A stretch of 64,000 nucleotides of DNA. It comes from Candidatus Poribacteria bacterium. GTDB lineage: Bacteria; Poribacteria; WGA-4E; WGA-3G. Below are positions 9,334 through 18,986 of this stretch, in pieces. Numbering within the stretch: the first letter of the stretch is position 1; every line of letters starts with the position of its first letter. The notes beneath the pieces are model-generated. The model was not told the origin of the DNA. It searched no databases and saw only the letters and a list, made by a program, of their open reading frames with translations. The position numbers and the translations under genes were made by a program. Location of the stretch: the NCBI GenBank assembly GCA_965242965.1, contig OZ251518.1:4640001-4704000 (forward strand). The letters run 5' to 3'.

Positions 9334-9912
9334 ATGAATCTGCAGACTCACCCCATCGCGCCAGAAGGAATCCTCCCCGAAAATGTCACGATGACATTGG
9401 ATGAATTCCTTGGCAGCGATGTAGAGGGATATGAATACGTTAAAGGAGAATTGATACCCATGGCATCGCCCTCGGCGGAACACGGACTGGTTGGTTCCCG
9501 AGTCTTTATACGTCTCGGCAATTATGTCATTGCGAATCAACTAGGTGAAGTGGTTAACTCTGAAACAGGTTTCCAAGTTGGCGAACGCGTGCTAAAACCG
9601 GATGTCGCGTTTATTTCAACACCTCGACTCCCGGAAGACCTGAGTAAGGCGTTTCCCGTTCCACCAGACCTCGCCGTTGAGGTGATTTCGCCATCAGAAA
9701 CCTTTCGGAAAGTGGTCGAAAAGGCGTTTGCCTACTTGGAGGGTGGAACGCGTCTCGTCTGGGTGATAGAACCCGGCTCGAAGACAGTCACCGTATATCG
9801 TTCTGAAACAGACATCACGTTGCTCACGCGCAAAGATACCCTCACCGGTGAGGATGTGGTGGAAGGGTTCACGTGTCAAGTTGCAGAGTTTTTTGAGTTG
9901 CCGCGCGGTTAA
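9334..9912 (+). CDS. Uma2 family endonuclease (paralog of 8522)
   Basis: Near-identical to 8522-9100. Confidence 0.9.
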   Translation: MNLQTHPIAPEGILPENVTMTLDEFLGSDVEGYEYVKGELIPMASPSAEHGLVGSRVFIRLGNYVIANQLGEVVNSETGFQVGERVLKPDVAFISTPRLPEDLSKAFPVPPDLAVEVISPSETFRKVVEKAFAYLEGGTRLVWVIEPGSKTVTVYRSETDITLLTRKDTLTGEDVVEGFTCQVAEFFELPRG

Positions 9913-9923
9913 AGGAGGCAGCC

Positions 9924-10502
9924 ATGGGTGCCGCTGCAGCACAAACCTTTTTCACGCCCGAAGAATACATCATTCGGGAACGCAAAGCGGAAATCAAAAG
10001 CGAATATCTGAACGGACGCATCGTCGCGATGTCGGGGGCAAGTCGCGCGCATAACCTCATCACGCGAAATATTTCAGGTGAACTTTATGTTCAACTGAAA
10101 GGCCGGACATGTGAAAGTTATACCAACGATATGCGCGTGCGAATTCCGTCGCCGATGTCTTACACCTATCCCGATGTCGTTGTTGTCTGTGATGAACCCC
10201 GTTTTGAGGACGACGTTTTCGACACGCTGCTGAATCCGACAGTCCTCTTCGAGGTGCTTTCGCCCTCTACCGAGGCGTATGACAGGGACAGGAAATTCTC
10301 ACGCTATCAACAAATTGCATCCCTGCGCGAATACGTTCTCGTTTCCCAAGACAGAGTGTGCGTGGAACACTATCATCGCCGCGGGGCTCAGTGGGTGCTA
10401 ACCGAATTCTATGCGCGAGCAGATGTGCTACCGCTAGTTTCAATCGATTGCGAGTTAGCCTTGTGGGACATCTATGCTCTCGTTCAATTTCCTGAAAACT
10501 AA
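9924..10502 (+). CDS. Uma2 family endonuclease
   Basis: SEYLNG, YPDVVVVC, NPTVLFEVLSPST, SLREYVLVSQD. Confidence 0.9.
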   Translation: MGAAAAQTFFTPEEYIIRERKAEIKSEYLNGRIVAMSGASRAHNLITRNISGELYVQLKGRTCESYTNDMRVRIPSPMSYTYPDVVVVCDEPRFEDDVFDTLLNPTVLFEVLSPSTEAYDRDRKFSRYQQIASLREYVLVSQDRVCVEHYHRRGAQWVLTEFYARADVLPLVSIDCELALWDIYALVQFPEN

Positions 10503-10522
10503 GGCTACAAAGGAGGCTATTG

Positions 10523-11578
10523 ATGCCTACCGTATCTCACGTCGTTTTAAGAAAATTTGTCTATGACATCTACCGTGCAGCCGATGGGACCGAGGAGGAT
10601 GCTAAAATCGTCAGCGACCACGTTGTTGACTCCAATCTCGCCGGTCACGATTCGCACGGTGTCATCAACGCGCCGAACTACATCGGTGGGATGCAAGGCG
10701 GACCGGCGGCGGACAAACTAGAGGTAGTCCGCGAAAGTTCCGCGGCGACAGTCATCAACGCGAACGGCGCGCTCGGCATGGTAGCGGCGCGCAAAGCGAT
10801 GGAACTCGCCGTTGAGAAAGCGAAGACATGCACCATCGGCGCGGTGGGATTGCACCGTTGCGGCCATGCTGGCCGCATGGGCGAATACCCGCCGATTGCC
10901 GCAGCGGCAGGGATGATAGGCATCGTCCTGCTGAATGGCGGCGGGAGGTTCATGCATCCGCACGGCGGCACCTCGCGCCGATTACCGCCGAACCCGATTG
11001 CGATATCCGTGCCTCGCAAAAACGGCGCGCCGCTGCTGCTGGATATGACGCTGAGCGTCGTCGCCGGGGGGAAACTGCTCGTTCAGACAGCGAGAGGCGA
11101 ACAGATTCCAGAAGGATGGATGATAGACTCCGAAGGCAATCCTATCAAAGACCCGGTTGCATTTCGCGAACGTCCGGAGGATACCGCTGTCATGCCACTC
11201 GGTGGATTTCAGTTTGGACATAAAGGCTTCGGGCTCGGTGTCATGATAGACGCAATTGCCGGCGGGCTTTCGTGGGCAGGGTGTAGCCGTGAAACCCCGA
11301 CGCGCGGCGCAAGCGGCATTGTCATGTTTGCAATTAACATTGACAATTTTATCGATTTAAGCGATTATGAAGAGGAGATAGAACATCTCGTGGCGTGGGT
11401 GAAATCCTCGGCGCGGCTTCCCAGCGTTGACGAAATCTACGTGCCGGGCGAATTTGAGGAACGGAGCCGCGAACGCCGCCTCAAAGAGGGTATCCCGATT
11501 GAGGAGGCAACATGGCAGCGGCTCGTTGAGGCAGCCGAACGTGTCGGCGTTGCGCCGCCGGCATCTCTCTTGTCTTAA
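10523..11578 (+). CDS. Ldh_2 (type 2 malate/L-lactate dehydrogenase) family oxidoreductase
   Basis: GHDSHG, H.GRMGEY, NPIAI, GHKGFGL, YVPGE. Confidence 0.88.
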   Translation: MPTVSHVVLRKFVYDIYRAADGTEEDAKIVSDHVVDSNLAGHDSHGVINAPNYIGGMQGGPAADKLEVVRESSAATVINANGALGMVAARKAMELAVEKAKTCTIGAVGLHRCGHAGRMGEYPPIAAAAGMIGIVLLNGGGRFMHPHGGTSRRLPPNPIAISVPRKNGAPLLLDMTLSVVAGGKLLVQTARGEQIPEGWMIDSEGNPIKDPVAFRERPEDTAVMPLGGFQFGHKGFGLGVMIDAIAGGLSWAGCSRETPTRGASGIVMFAINIDNFIDLSDYEEEIEHLVAWVKSSARLPSVDEIYVPGEFEERSRERRLKEGIPIEEATWQRLVEAAERVGVAPPASLLS

Positions 11579-11670
11579 CGTTCGCATACAGGACAAGAGC
11601 GGGTGCTCTTCTACAGTTAGAAATAAAACGTCCAATCCGCATTTGCGCGAACCTAACAGGAGGAAAAACA

Positions 11671-12270
11671 GTGAGACTCTTAAGCGGTTTGTTCATTCTA
11701 CTCATCGGTGTTGCAGGGTGTGCTGTGCTTCAGGATGCCCCCATCGTTGAGCTCCCCGCGTCGCGGCTTTCCTGCGAGACGAACCCGGGGCTGGTTGATG
11801 GAGACATGGAGACGATTAGCACCTTTCAGGTAGAGGGTTCTATCCGGAAAGGGTACGTGCATGTCGGCGGGGCAGGCGGTTCCCGTGGCAATCTGCAGCG
11901 GCAGTATCGGACAGAAATTGACGGGACGAATCGGACGCAAGCGGTGATAAAACTCGACGCGCCGATGTATGTCGCTTACGTTGAAGTCTATCCTGCTTCG
12001 CGCATCCCCGCGCTCGCCTTAGTGACGACAACGGACGAAGAGCCCCAGCTCGATGTCTCCTTTGAAGCGGTTTACGACAAACAGCATGAAAGTGTAGAGA
12101 GCATGACACCTGTCAAAATCCAGATCGGGCGCGAAGTGCTTTACCTCCGGCTGAGTGCTGATGCTCTTGAAGACCAGGGGCGTTCCGTTCGGAATAAGGA
12201 GACGCACCAAGTCAACATCCCATTGAAAGGTGCCTCTATCCGCGAGGTGAAATTTTACGGGCGGCAGTAA
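11671..12270 (+). CDS. Putative lipoprotein
   Basis: Signal peptide with lipobox VAGC; SD aggagg. Confidence 0.65.
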   Translation: MRLLSGLFILLIGVAGCAVLQDAPIVELPASRLSCETNPGLVDGDMETISTFQVEGSIRKGYVHVGGAGGSRGNLQRQYRTEIDGTNRTQAVIKLDAPMYVAYVEVYPASRIPALALVTTTDEEPQLDVSFEAVYDKQHESVESMTPVKIQIGREVLYLRLSADALEDQGRSVRNKETHQVNIPLKGASIREVKFYGRQ

Positions 12271-12292
12271 ACGCTGAAGCATTCTAGTTGCT

Positions 12293-12326
12293 CAGTGCTG
12301 CGACGCGGCAACGTTCGCAGCACTGA
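12293..12326 (+). terminator. Stem-loop after the lipoprotein gene
   Basis: cagtgctgcga...tcgcagcactg; no strong U tract. Confidence 0.4.
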
Positions 12327-12478
12327 AACCCAGCCGCGGGGATGTCACCACGAATTTCCTTGCATTTTCTTGCGCAATAAGGTATCCTATTAACCACTGA
12401 TGCAATTTTCGTCTGATTTTTGATACAAACCGGTGTCCTCAAAACACCTTACCTGAAATCGGAGGTTTAGAACCGCGA

Positions 12479-13501
12479 TTGCAAAAACAAGAATTGAAGA
12501 GTGTGCCTGTCCAGAGCAATGCTGAAGTGCAGGCCCTGTTTGGACAGAGCGATGCCTTCCTGAAACTCATCGAAAACGATTTTGACGTGCGCGTCGTTTT
12601 GAAACGCGACCGGATTGCGGTTATCGGCGAAGATGTCGCCGAAACCGAACGCGTCGCAACCGTGTTGGAGTCACTACTGCACCGCATCCGGAAAGGCGAA
12701 CAGATTCAGACTACCGATGTGAGTTACATGATTCGGGCATCGGGAGCTGGGGAGGCTGACCCCTTGACGGAAAGCAAGGCGGAGTCTATTCCTGTCTTCT
12801 CAAAACGGGGTGTCATTCGTCCTAAAACCGCCGGCCAGCACCGGTACGTCAATGCGATTAAGCACAATGACCTGGTTTTCGGCATCGGACCGGCTGGGAC
12901 AGGGAAAACTTACCTCGCCATGGCGATGGCGGTTTCCGCGCTCAAGAGTGCCGAAGTCAGCCGTATTATCCTCACGCGGCCCGCTGTGGAGGCAGGCGAA
13001 AAACTCGGTTTTTTGCCGGGTGACATCGCCGAGAAGGTGCATCCGTATCTGCGTCCGTTATACGACGCGCTTTACGATATGATGCCACCGGACGCGCTGG
13101 ACAAGTATATTGAGCGGAACGTCATTGAAGTCGCGCCGATTGCTTTTATGCGTGGCAGAACGCTCAACAATTCGTTCGTCGTGCTGGACGAAGCGCAAAA
13201 CGCGACGATCGAACAGATGAAGATGTTCCTGACACGCCTCGGCTTTGATTCCAAAGCGGTAGTAACAGGCGACATTACGCAAACCGATCTGCCGACGCAC
13301 AAGGTATCCGGCCTTGCCGACGCGCAAGAAGTGCTTGCCGGTATCAAAGGCATTGAATTCATATACTTCTCGAAGGTTGATGTCGTGCGGCATGAATTGG
13401 TGCAGCGCATCGTTGAAGCTTATGAGCAGGCAGCCCCACAGAATAACGTGCAACGGATGCCCGCCGCCGCAACGGTAGAAGCACAAGAGGCATCGGCGTG
13501 A
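12479..13501 (+). CDS. phoH: PhoH-like ATPase
   Basis: GPAGTGKT, RPAVEAGEKLGFLPG, MRGRT, DEAQN. Confidence 0.95.
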   Translation: MQKQELKSVPVQSNAEVQALFGQSDAFLKLIENDFDVRVVLKRDRIAVIGEDVAETERVATVLESLLHRIRKGEQIQTTDVSYMIRASGAGEADPLTESKAESIPVFSKRGVIRPKTAGQHRYVNAIKHNDLVFGIGPAGTGKTYLAMAMAVSALKSAEVSRIILTRPAVEAGEKLGFLPGDIAEKVHPYLRPLYDALYDMMPPDALDKYIERNVIEVAPIAFMRGRTLNNSFVVLDEAQNATIEQMKMFLTRLGFDSKAVVTGDITQTDLPTHKVSGLADAQEVLAGIKGIEFIYFSKVDVVRHELVQRIVEAYEQAAPQNNVQRMPAAATVEAQEASA

Positions 13502-14010
13502 GCAGAAAAGCAGGCCCATATTCCATCGGCATCACCCAGAACTGCCCGGATATTGAATTTGACGTGGACATAGTTCACCGGGCAGTGTCAGCAACCCTCA
13601 AGGAGCATGCCGCGAAATCTCCGGTAGGCGCGCTTTCCAAACGCGCAACAGCCACCGAATACGAGATTAGCGTTCTGCTAACAGCGGATGCCGAGATGAG
13701 GGCTCTCAATTCAGCGTATCGCGGCATTGACGCACCGACAGATGTCCTCGCTTTTGCGATGCGCGAAGACGAGGCATGCGGCGCGATGCATCCGATGCTC
13801 CTCGGCGATATCGTTATCTCATTAGAGACGGCGGCACAGCAGGCAGCTGCAGCGAAACACTCGCTTGAGACAGAGGTTGCATTTTTGACCGCGCATGGCA
13901 CCCTGCATCTGCTCGGTTATGAACACGCAACGCCTGAACAAGAGTCCATCATGTTCAAGAAGCAGGAGACAACGCTGCGTGGACTCCGCTTGAGCGAAAT
14001 ACGTTCGTGA
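13498..14010 (+). CDS. ybeY: rRNA maturation RNase YbeY
   Basis: PTDVLAF, LGDIVIS, HGTLHLLGYEH. Confidence 0.95.
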   Translation: MSRKAGPYSIGITQNCPDIEFDVDIVHRAVSATLKEHAAKSPVGALSKRATATEYEISVLLTADAEMRALNSAYRGIDAPTDVLAFAMREDEACGAMHPMLLGDIVISLETAAQQAAAAKHSLETEVAFLTAHGTLHLLGYEHATPEQESIMFKKQETTLRGLRLSEIRS

Positions 14011-15341
14011 CAAAAAACGTCTTTGCTACCGAATGCATTGCGAAAGACGAAAGCCCATCAGGAGGTGTGATTCCTCGTTTGGACGACCTAGGTATAGCAC
14101 TCAGACTGTTCAGTTTATTAGTGTTGTTGGTGTTAACGGCTCTGTTATCCGTAGCGGAAGCACTGCTTTCTCGGCTCACGCGTGAGGATATCCTCAATTT
14201 TGCCGGGGCAGAAGAAAAACGCTACGATGTCTTGGCCGCCCTGCTGCGGCAGCCACAACGCTACTCGCTCACAATTATCACGGCGAAAACGATATTGATG
14301 GTGGCAAGCGTTCTCCTCTTTATGACGCTTTTCCACTATCGCGTGGCAAATGCCGCCCTCGCCGTTGTGGTGCTGGTAATTTTCACGGACTTGTTCCCCA
14401 AAAACTACGTGCGGAGTAGTTCCGGGAACGCGACTATCCAAGCACTCCGCATGCTACGCGTCGTGTATTGGGGCGGCTGCGTCATTTTCGTTCCGTTGAA
14501 CTTCATCGCGAACATCGCAGTGCGAGTATTCGGCGGCAAAGCGCGCGCCGAACAGGATAGCCTTGTCTCACCGGAGGTGCTAGAAACGCTGGTGAATGTC
14601 GGAGACAGCCAAGAAATTTTGGAGGAAGACGAACGCGAGATGATCTCGCGGATTCTCGACTTCCCCGACAAAGTCGCCCGCGAAATTATGGTAGCACGAA
14701 CCGACATGGCGTGTTTGGATATCTCAACGCCGGAAGAAGAAGTCCTGAAAACGACGATTGAGTGCCGGCACACGCGCATCCCTATTTATGAAGAGACGAT
14801 CGATAACATAATTGGGGTGCTACACGTGAAGGACATGCTGGAATATTGGGCGGCTGGCGAACCAATCGCTCTGCGTCAACTCATCGTCGACCGGACACCC
14901 TTTTTCACGCCGGAGAGCAAGAAACTTTCTGAACTCTTCCGTGAGTTGCGCGAGCATAAACAGCACCTCTCTATCGTAGTTGATGAATATGGCGGCACGG
15001 CGGGTATCGTAACGCTAGAAAATATCATTGAGGAGATCGTCGGCGAAATCCACGATGAAGACGAAATCGATGAACAGGATGCCTACATCCAGCTCGAGCC
15101 CAACACCTACTCCGTTGATGCGCGGCTGAATCTTGTAGAATTAAACGAGAAACTCAGCACGGAATTAGAGGCGGAAAACATTGATACCGTGGGCGGTTTC
15201 GTCGTAAACCATCTCGGACGTGTGCCAGAACCGGGCACGCTGTTTGTCTACCGAGGTATCCGTTTCACAATTATTGAGGCAGATGAACGGCGCGTCCATC
15301 GGATTCAAATTCAGATGCCGAACGCCTTGTCTTTGGAATAG
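14007..15341 (+). CDS. HlyC/CorC (CNNM-CBS-CorC) family protein; start uncertain
   Basis: N-terminal TM helices, CBS pair (HTRIPIY, VVDEYGGTAGIVT), CorC domain (DTVGG). Confidence 0.9.
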   Translation: MTKNVFATECIAKDESPSGGVIPRLDDLGIALRLFSLLVLLVLTALLSVAEALLSRLTREDILNFAGAEEKRYDVLAALLRQPQRYSLTIITAKTILMVASVLLFMTLFHYRVANAALAVVVLVIFTDLFPKNYVRSSSGNATIQALRMLRVVYWGGCVIFVPLNFIANIAVRVFGGKARAEQDSLVSPEVLETLVNVGDSQEILEEDEREMISRILDFPDKVAREIMVARTDMACLDISTPEEEVLKTTIECRHTRIPIYEETIDNIIGVLHVKDMLEYWAAGEPIALRQLIVDRTPFFTPESKKLSELFRELREHKQHLSIVVDEYGGTAGIVTLENIIEEIVGEIHDEDEIDEQDAYIQLEPNTYSVDARLNLVELNEKLSTELEAENIDTVGGFVVNHLGRVPEPGTLFVYRGIRFTIIEADERRVHRIQIQMPNALSLE

Positions 15342-15430
15342 TTTCTACCGGTAGGCGCGATTTGTTCCGCGTCTATCCTACCGGTTTGCGTGCGTTTCCC
15401 GGCATTGATGAGATAATTCCAAAATTTAAT

Positions 15431-15472
15431 TTGACAAACCGGATTAAATAGGGTATAATTAAAGGTACCTTT
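15431..15472 (+). promoter_or_regulatory. Consensus sigma70 promoter and palindromic operator for hicAB
   Basis: TTGACA-17-TATAAT (15431-15459); palindrome AAAGGTACCTTT at 15461-15472. Confidence 0.75.
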
Positions 15473-15726
15473 TGAATAAACGACACCGAAGGACGTTGAA
15501 CGCTATTTTCAGCTCGCCTGTGCCGAGGAACTTAACTTGGCGACGTATTGAGTCTCTTCTCTCTGCACTTGGGGTTAAAACAAGTGAGAGAGGGGGTTCC
15601 GCCGTACGGGTTGAACTCAATAATGTGTTCTCCACATTTCACAGGCCCCATCCGCGAAAAGAGGCTCTGCAGTACCAGGTCCGGGCGGTCCGGATTTTTT
15701 TGGAAAAAGCGGGGATAACGCCATGA
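15472..15726 (+). CDS. hicA: HicA toxin
   Basis: MNKRHRRTL.AIF..P, ERGGSAV, FHRPHP.KEA..YQVR. Confidence 0.9.
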   Translation: MNKRHRRTLNAIFSSPVPRNLTWRRIESLLSALGVKTSERGGSAVRVELNNVFSTFHRPHPRKEALQYQVRAVRIFLEKAGITP

Positions 15727-15959
15727 ACACGACTTTGCACTACAAAGGCTATACGACTCGCATGGAGTATAGCGAAGAAGATGGTTGCTTGATTGGTGGC
15801 CTTGAAGGCATCAATGATGTTATCGTTTTCCACGGCTACTCCGTTGCCGAGTTCCGTGCTATTTTTGAGGAGGCAGTTGAGGACTATCTCCTCACGTGTG
15901 AAGAATTCAATCGTGAACCGCAAAAACCGGTGTTGGAAAATGCGGTTGCAGCCGGATAA
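15723..15959 (+). CDS. hicB: HicB antitoxin (short, lacking the usual C-terminal DNA-binding region)
   Basis: YKGY...EYSEED..L.G...GIND...FHG.SV.E....FEEAVEDYL. Confidence 0.85.
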   Translation: MNTTLHYKGYTTRMEYSEEDGCLIGGLEGINDVIVFHGYSVAEFRAIFEEAVEDYLLTCEEFNREPQKPVLENAVAAG

Positions 15960-15972
15960 AGGTCTTTTTAAT

Positions 15973-16001
15973 TTGACTTTTGCCCATTTTTGTGGTATAC
16001 T
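15973..16001 (+). promoter_or_regulatory. tRNA/recO promoter
   Basis: TTGACT-17-TATACT with extended TG. Confidence 0.65.
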
Positions 16002-16033
16002 ATATAGAGATTCGGGTAAATTCGGTTTTTTAA

Positions 16034-16108
<75 letters not shown>

Positions 16109-16207
16109 TTTTCCCTAATGTCGCTTCTCTACCAGGCTCATCAGCGATTGTTGATGAGCCTAAACCCATCGAAAGCAGCCACCCAAACGGAAACCCAGAC
16201 AAAAACC

Positions 16208-16957
16208 ATGCCCGCGCAAAAAACACCAGCGATTGTGATTCGCACCTTTCCCCTCCGCGAATTTCATAAAATCATCACCTTCTATACGCCGGATTTCGGT
16301 AAAGTGAAAGCTATCGCTTACGGCGTAAAAAGCGCGAAAAGCCGACTCGGCGGCAGCTTAGAGCTCCTCAACCACGGCACCCTGCTCTTTAATTACCGCG
16401 AAAATCGGGAATTGCAGAGCATCACCGATTTTAGTCTGATTAACGGATTTGACGCTATTCGCTCTGATTTCACGCGCATCACCTACGGCTGCTACTTCGC
16501 CGAATTAGTGGATGCTATTGCGTCTGAGGGTGTCGCGAACCCTGAGATTTTCGGTTTACTGCAAAGCACCTATCAATTTTTGGCGCGGGCAACCGATGTG
16601 CCGCTGCTAGCGCGCGCGTTTGAACTCAAGTTTCTAGACTGCGCTGGCTACGGACCACAACTCTCGCTGTGTACCTATTGTAGTTCAACTCTTGCCGGGA
16701 GGTTGTTGGCATTTAGCGTGCGGCACGGTGGAATCCTCTGTGAAAACTGCGAATATCGCGACGCTGCCACGGTGTCACTCATGCCCGGCAGTTGCGAACT
16801 GCTGAAGATGCTCCGGAAGTCTGAATTAGAAGGATTAAACCGCATCCGCGCTTCAGAACGCAATCATCGTGAACTGAAACGCGCACTCGGCGGTTTCATC
16901 GAATACCACACCGAACGAAAACTCAAAAGCCTTAAATTTATTGAGAGAACTCTGTAG
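16208..16957 (+). CDS. recO: DNA repair protein RecO
   Basis: OB-fold (KIITFYT.DFGKV.AIA.G...KSRLGG.LE), zinc finger CTYC...GGILCENC, ERKLKS. Confidence 0.92.
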   Translation: MPAQKTPAIVIRTFPLREFHKIITFYTPDFGKVKAIAYGVKSAKSRLGGSLELLNHGTLLFNYRENRELQSITDFSLINGFDAIRSDFTRITYGCYFAELVDAIASEGVANPEIFGLLQSTYQFLARATDVPLLARAFELKFLDCAGYGPQLSLCTYCSSTLAGRLLAFSVRHGGILCENCEYRDAATVSLMPGSCELLKMLRKSELEGLNRIRASERNHRELKRALGGFIEYHTERKLKSLKFIERTL

Positions 16958-16980
16958 GAATTAATGCAGAATGGCACCGT

Positions 16981-17130
16981 TACAAATATCAGGAATCGCC
17001 TAAGTTCGCGCAGGTCATATTTCCTGTTCTTGATAAAGGTCAGAGGAATCGGGACGACTGGGACGAAGTCCGCAAGGAACTGGTTCGCGTGGGTTCTAAA
17101 ATCTACTATAAGGTTGAGAGCCCTCGCTAA
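16981..17130 (+). pseudogene. C-terminal remnant of a DUF4268-like gene
   Basis: VIFPVLDKGQRNRDDWDEVRKELVRVGSKIY matches the C-terminus of the 21997 protein; no start codon. Confidence 0.75.
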
Positions 17131-17334
17131 GGAACTGGTTAGCATTGAGCACACCGCGCTAAACCATGGTAGACATGAGTTTGGATTAGAGCAATTCAGT
17201 TTTCCACAGTGAAAATTGACAACGGTCCCCCTCCCTGTAGGGCAAGCTCGCCTGATCTTGCCCCGTTAGCGATTGGGAGTCCGCAAACTACAGATGGGAG
17301 GGAACTAAATCGCTCTGGAGTCTGGACTTTTAAG

Positions 17335-17363
17335 TTGACAAGTTTTGAGAAAAAGGATATAAT
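17335..17363 (+). promoter_or_regulatory. Consensus sigma70 promoter
   Basis: TTGACA-17-TATAAT. Confidence 0.75.
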
Positions 17364-17389
17364 AGCCCTATTGAGGAGGAGGCTGCGGA

Positions 17390-18469
17390 ATGGATATTAA
17401 ATATCAAATTTTCATTAGTTCCCCTTACGAAGATCTTCGGCACGAACGGGATTATGTCGTAAAGGCTGCACTTGAGATGGGCCACATTCCTATTAGTATG
17501 GAGATGTTTTCTGCTGCGGATGAAGATCTATGGAAAACCATTACGCGGCATATTGACACATGCGACTATTACGTTGTCATCGTCGCTCATCGCTACGGTT
17601 CAGTTGTAGATGGAGTGAGCTACACCGAAAAAGAGTTTGACTACGCGATCTCCAAGGGGATTCCAGTGCTCGGATTCATAATAGATGATGGAGCTGCGTG
17701 GCCCGCCGATCGTATTGACACCGGTTCCGACGAAAAAGCCTTGCTTGGAAAGTTCAAAGCGAAACTCAAGGAAAGGCCTGTCAGTTTTTGGTCAACCGCT
17801 GCAGATCTGACCGGAAAATTCTCCATCGCATTGATGAAGCAAATTCCGTTAACACCACGTCCAGGCTGGATACGGACAACTGATGTAGTTAGCCCAGATT
17901 TGGTGAAGCAAATTCCGTTAACACCACGTCCAGGCTGGATACGGACAACTGATGTAGTTAGCCCAGATGTCGTAAATGAGTTGCCACGATTGAGTAGCGA
18001 AAATGCCGAACTTCGGAGACAACTCCAAGAAGCACTTCACAAAGCGGAAGACGATGCGATTGCCGAACGGAGAAAAATAAGGGAGACGATGCGGAAGAAT
18101 AGTCTGGAGGTCTCCTTCTTTTACCATCCCGGTTCTGGATGGGAAGACAAAACGACAGTCACTCTCTATAGCCTTTTCCGCATGTTGGCCCCGGAAATGA
18201 TGGTCGAACGGTCCACAGCAGATCTCTCGTCGTATGTCGGGGTAATGCTGCGGCCAAACAAGGAACGTCAACCCCGAAGACACTATCCGGTTCCATCAAA
18301 CTGGATGAAATATTGTCTTTCTGATTTCCTTACTCTAGGTGTTGTTGAACCATCGCAGAAACGTCACTCGGTAAGTGATAAAAATCAGTACTGGGCTCTC
18401 ACAAACCTGGGACGTTCCGTTTACACGGACATTAGGCGCGCTGCGCTTGAGGAAGGGCATTCCGAATGA
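17390..18469 (+). CDS. DUF4062 domain protein
   Basis: KYQIFISSPYEDL..ER, GHIP..MEMF.A, CDYYVVIVAHRYGS, SYTEKEFDYA. Confidence 0.85.
   Translation: MDIKYQIFISSPYEDLRHERDYVVKAALEMGHIPISMEMFSAADEDLWKTITRHIDTCDYYVVIVAHRYGSVVDGVSYTEKEFDYAISKGIPVLGFIIDDGAAWPADRIDTGSDEKALLGKFKAKLKERPVSFWSTAADLTGKFSIALMKQIPLTPRPGWIRTTDVVSPDLVKQIPLTPRPGWIRTTDVVSPDVVNELPRLSSENAELRRQLQEALHKAEDDAIAERRKIRETMRKNSLEVSFFYHPGSGWEDKTTVTLYSLFRMLAPEMMVERSTADLSSYVGVMLRPNKERQPRRHYPVPSNWMKYCLSDFLTLGVVEPSQKRHSVSDKNQYWALTNLGRSVYTDIRRAALEEGHSE
17835..17968 (+). repeat. In-frame 69-bp-period tandem duplication
   Basis: KQIPLTPRPGWIRTTDVVSPD occurs twice with identical DNA. Confidence 0.95.
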
Positions 18470-18918
18470 CTGAGCAATTTGATCTTACGGATGACGATTT
18501 GTTCGCTATTGAGATTGCGAAAAAGGTCGCGCGCCAGTTTCTGCGAGACCTTAAGGTTACTCCTCCGCAGATTGTTGGGCTTGGAAACGCTTTGTACGCG
18601 CTTGAACGGCTGCCTGTTTGTACGCCAGGAGCGGCAGTTGAGTTCACTGTTTCTCTCAGACAAGGTCCCAAAGACTACGAAGAAACAAACTATATAACCT
18701 TCGCAATTGAAGATGGGCTTTTCGAGATCCAGAAAGGATGGATTTTCCACGACTTTCTTGGAGAGCACGAATCTGAACCAGGATGGTGGATTGAAAGTCA
18801 AGGATACCGTAAAACCGAGTGCAATCTCCATCTAATTGAGGAGGCTGTATTTTGGATGTTGGCCTATCCCGGTGCCGAGATATCCGTATCTGATTCTTCT
18901 GAAATTGAGTTTGAATAG
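18466..18918 (+). CDS. Hypothetical protein, coupled to the DUF4062 gene
   Basis: ATGA overlap, 150-aa acidic ORF. Confidence 0.65.
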   Translation: MTEQFDLTDDDLFAIEIAKKVARQFLRDLKVTPPQIVGLGNALYALERLPVCTPGAAVEFTVSLRQGPKDYEETNYITFAIEDGLFEIQKGWIFHDFLGEHESEPGWWIESQGYRKTECNLHLIEEAVFWMLAYPGAEISVSDSSEIEFE

Positions 18919-18986
18919 GCGACATAATGCTTGGAGCTTTTACCAAAATCTTTTCCGATAGGACTCCCCTCTAGGGCAAGTTAAGT

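Larger units (their letters stand above)
7920..9975 (+). repeat. Tandem duplication of promoter + Uma2 gene + start of next Uma2 gene
   Basis: 7920-9165 vs 9210-9975 near-identical apart from the MITE and a variable patch; both copies start at a GTAGGAGAGACC REP. Confidence 0.85.

Noticed and set aside
8522-9912. DGR-like template/variable region pair (also considered for the TRD modules)
   Set aside because: Differences are not adenine-specific and no reverse transcriptase is in the window.
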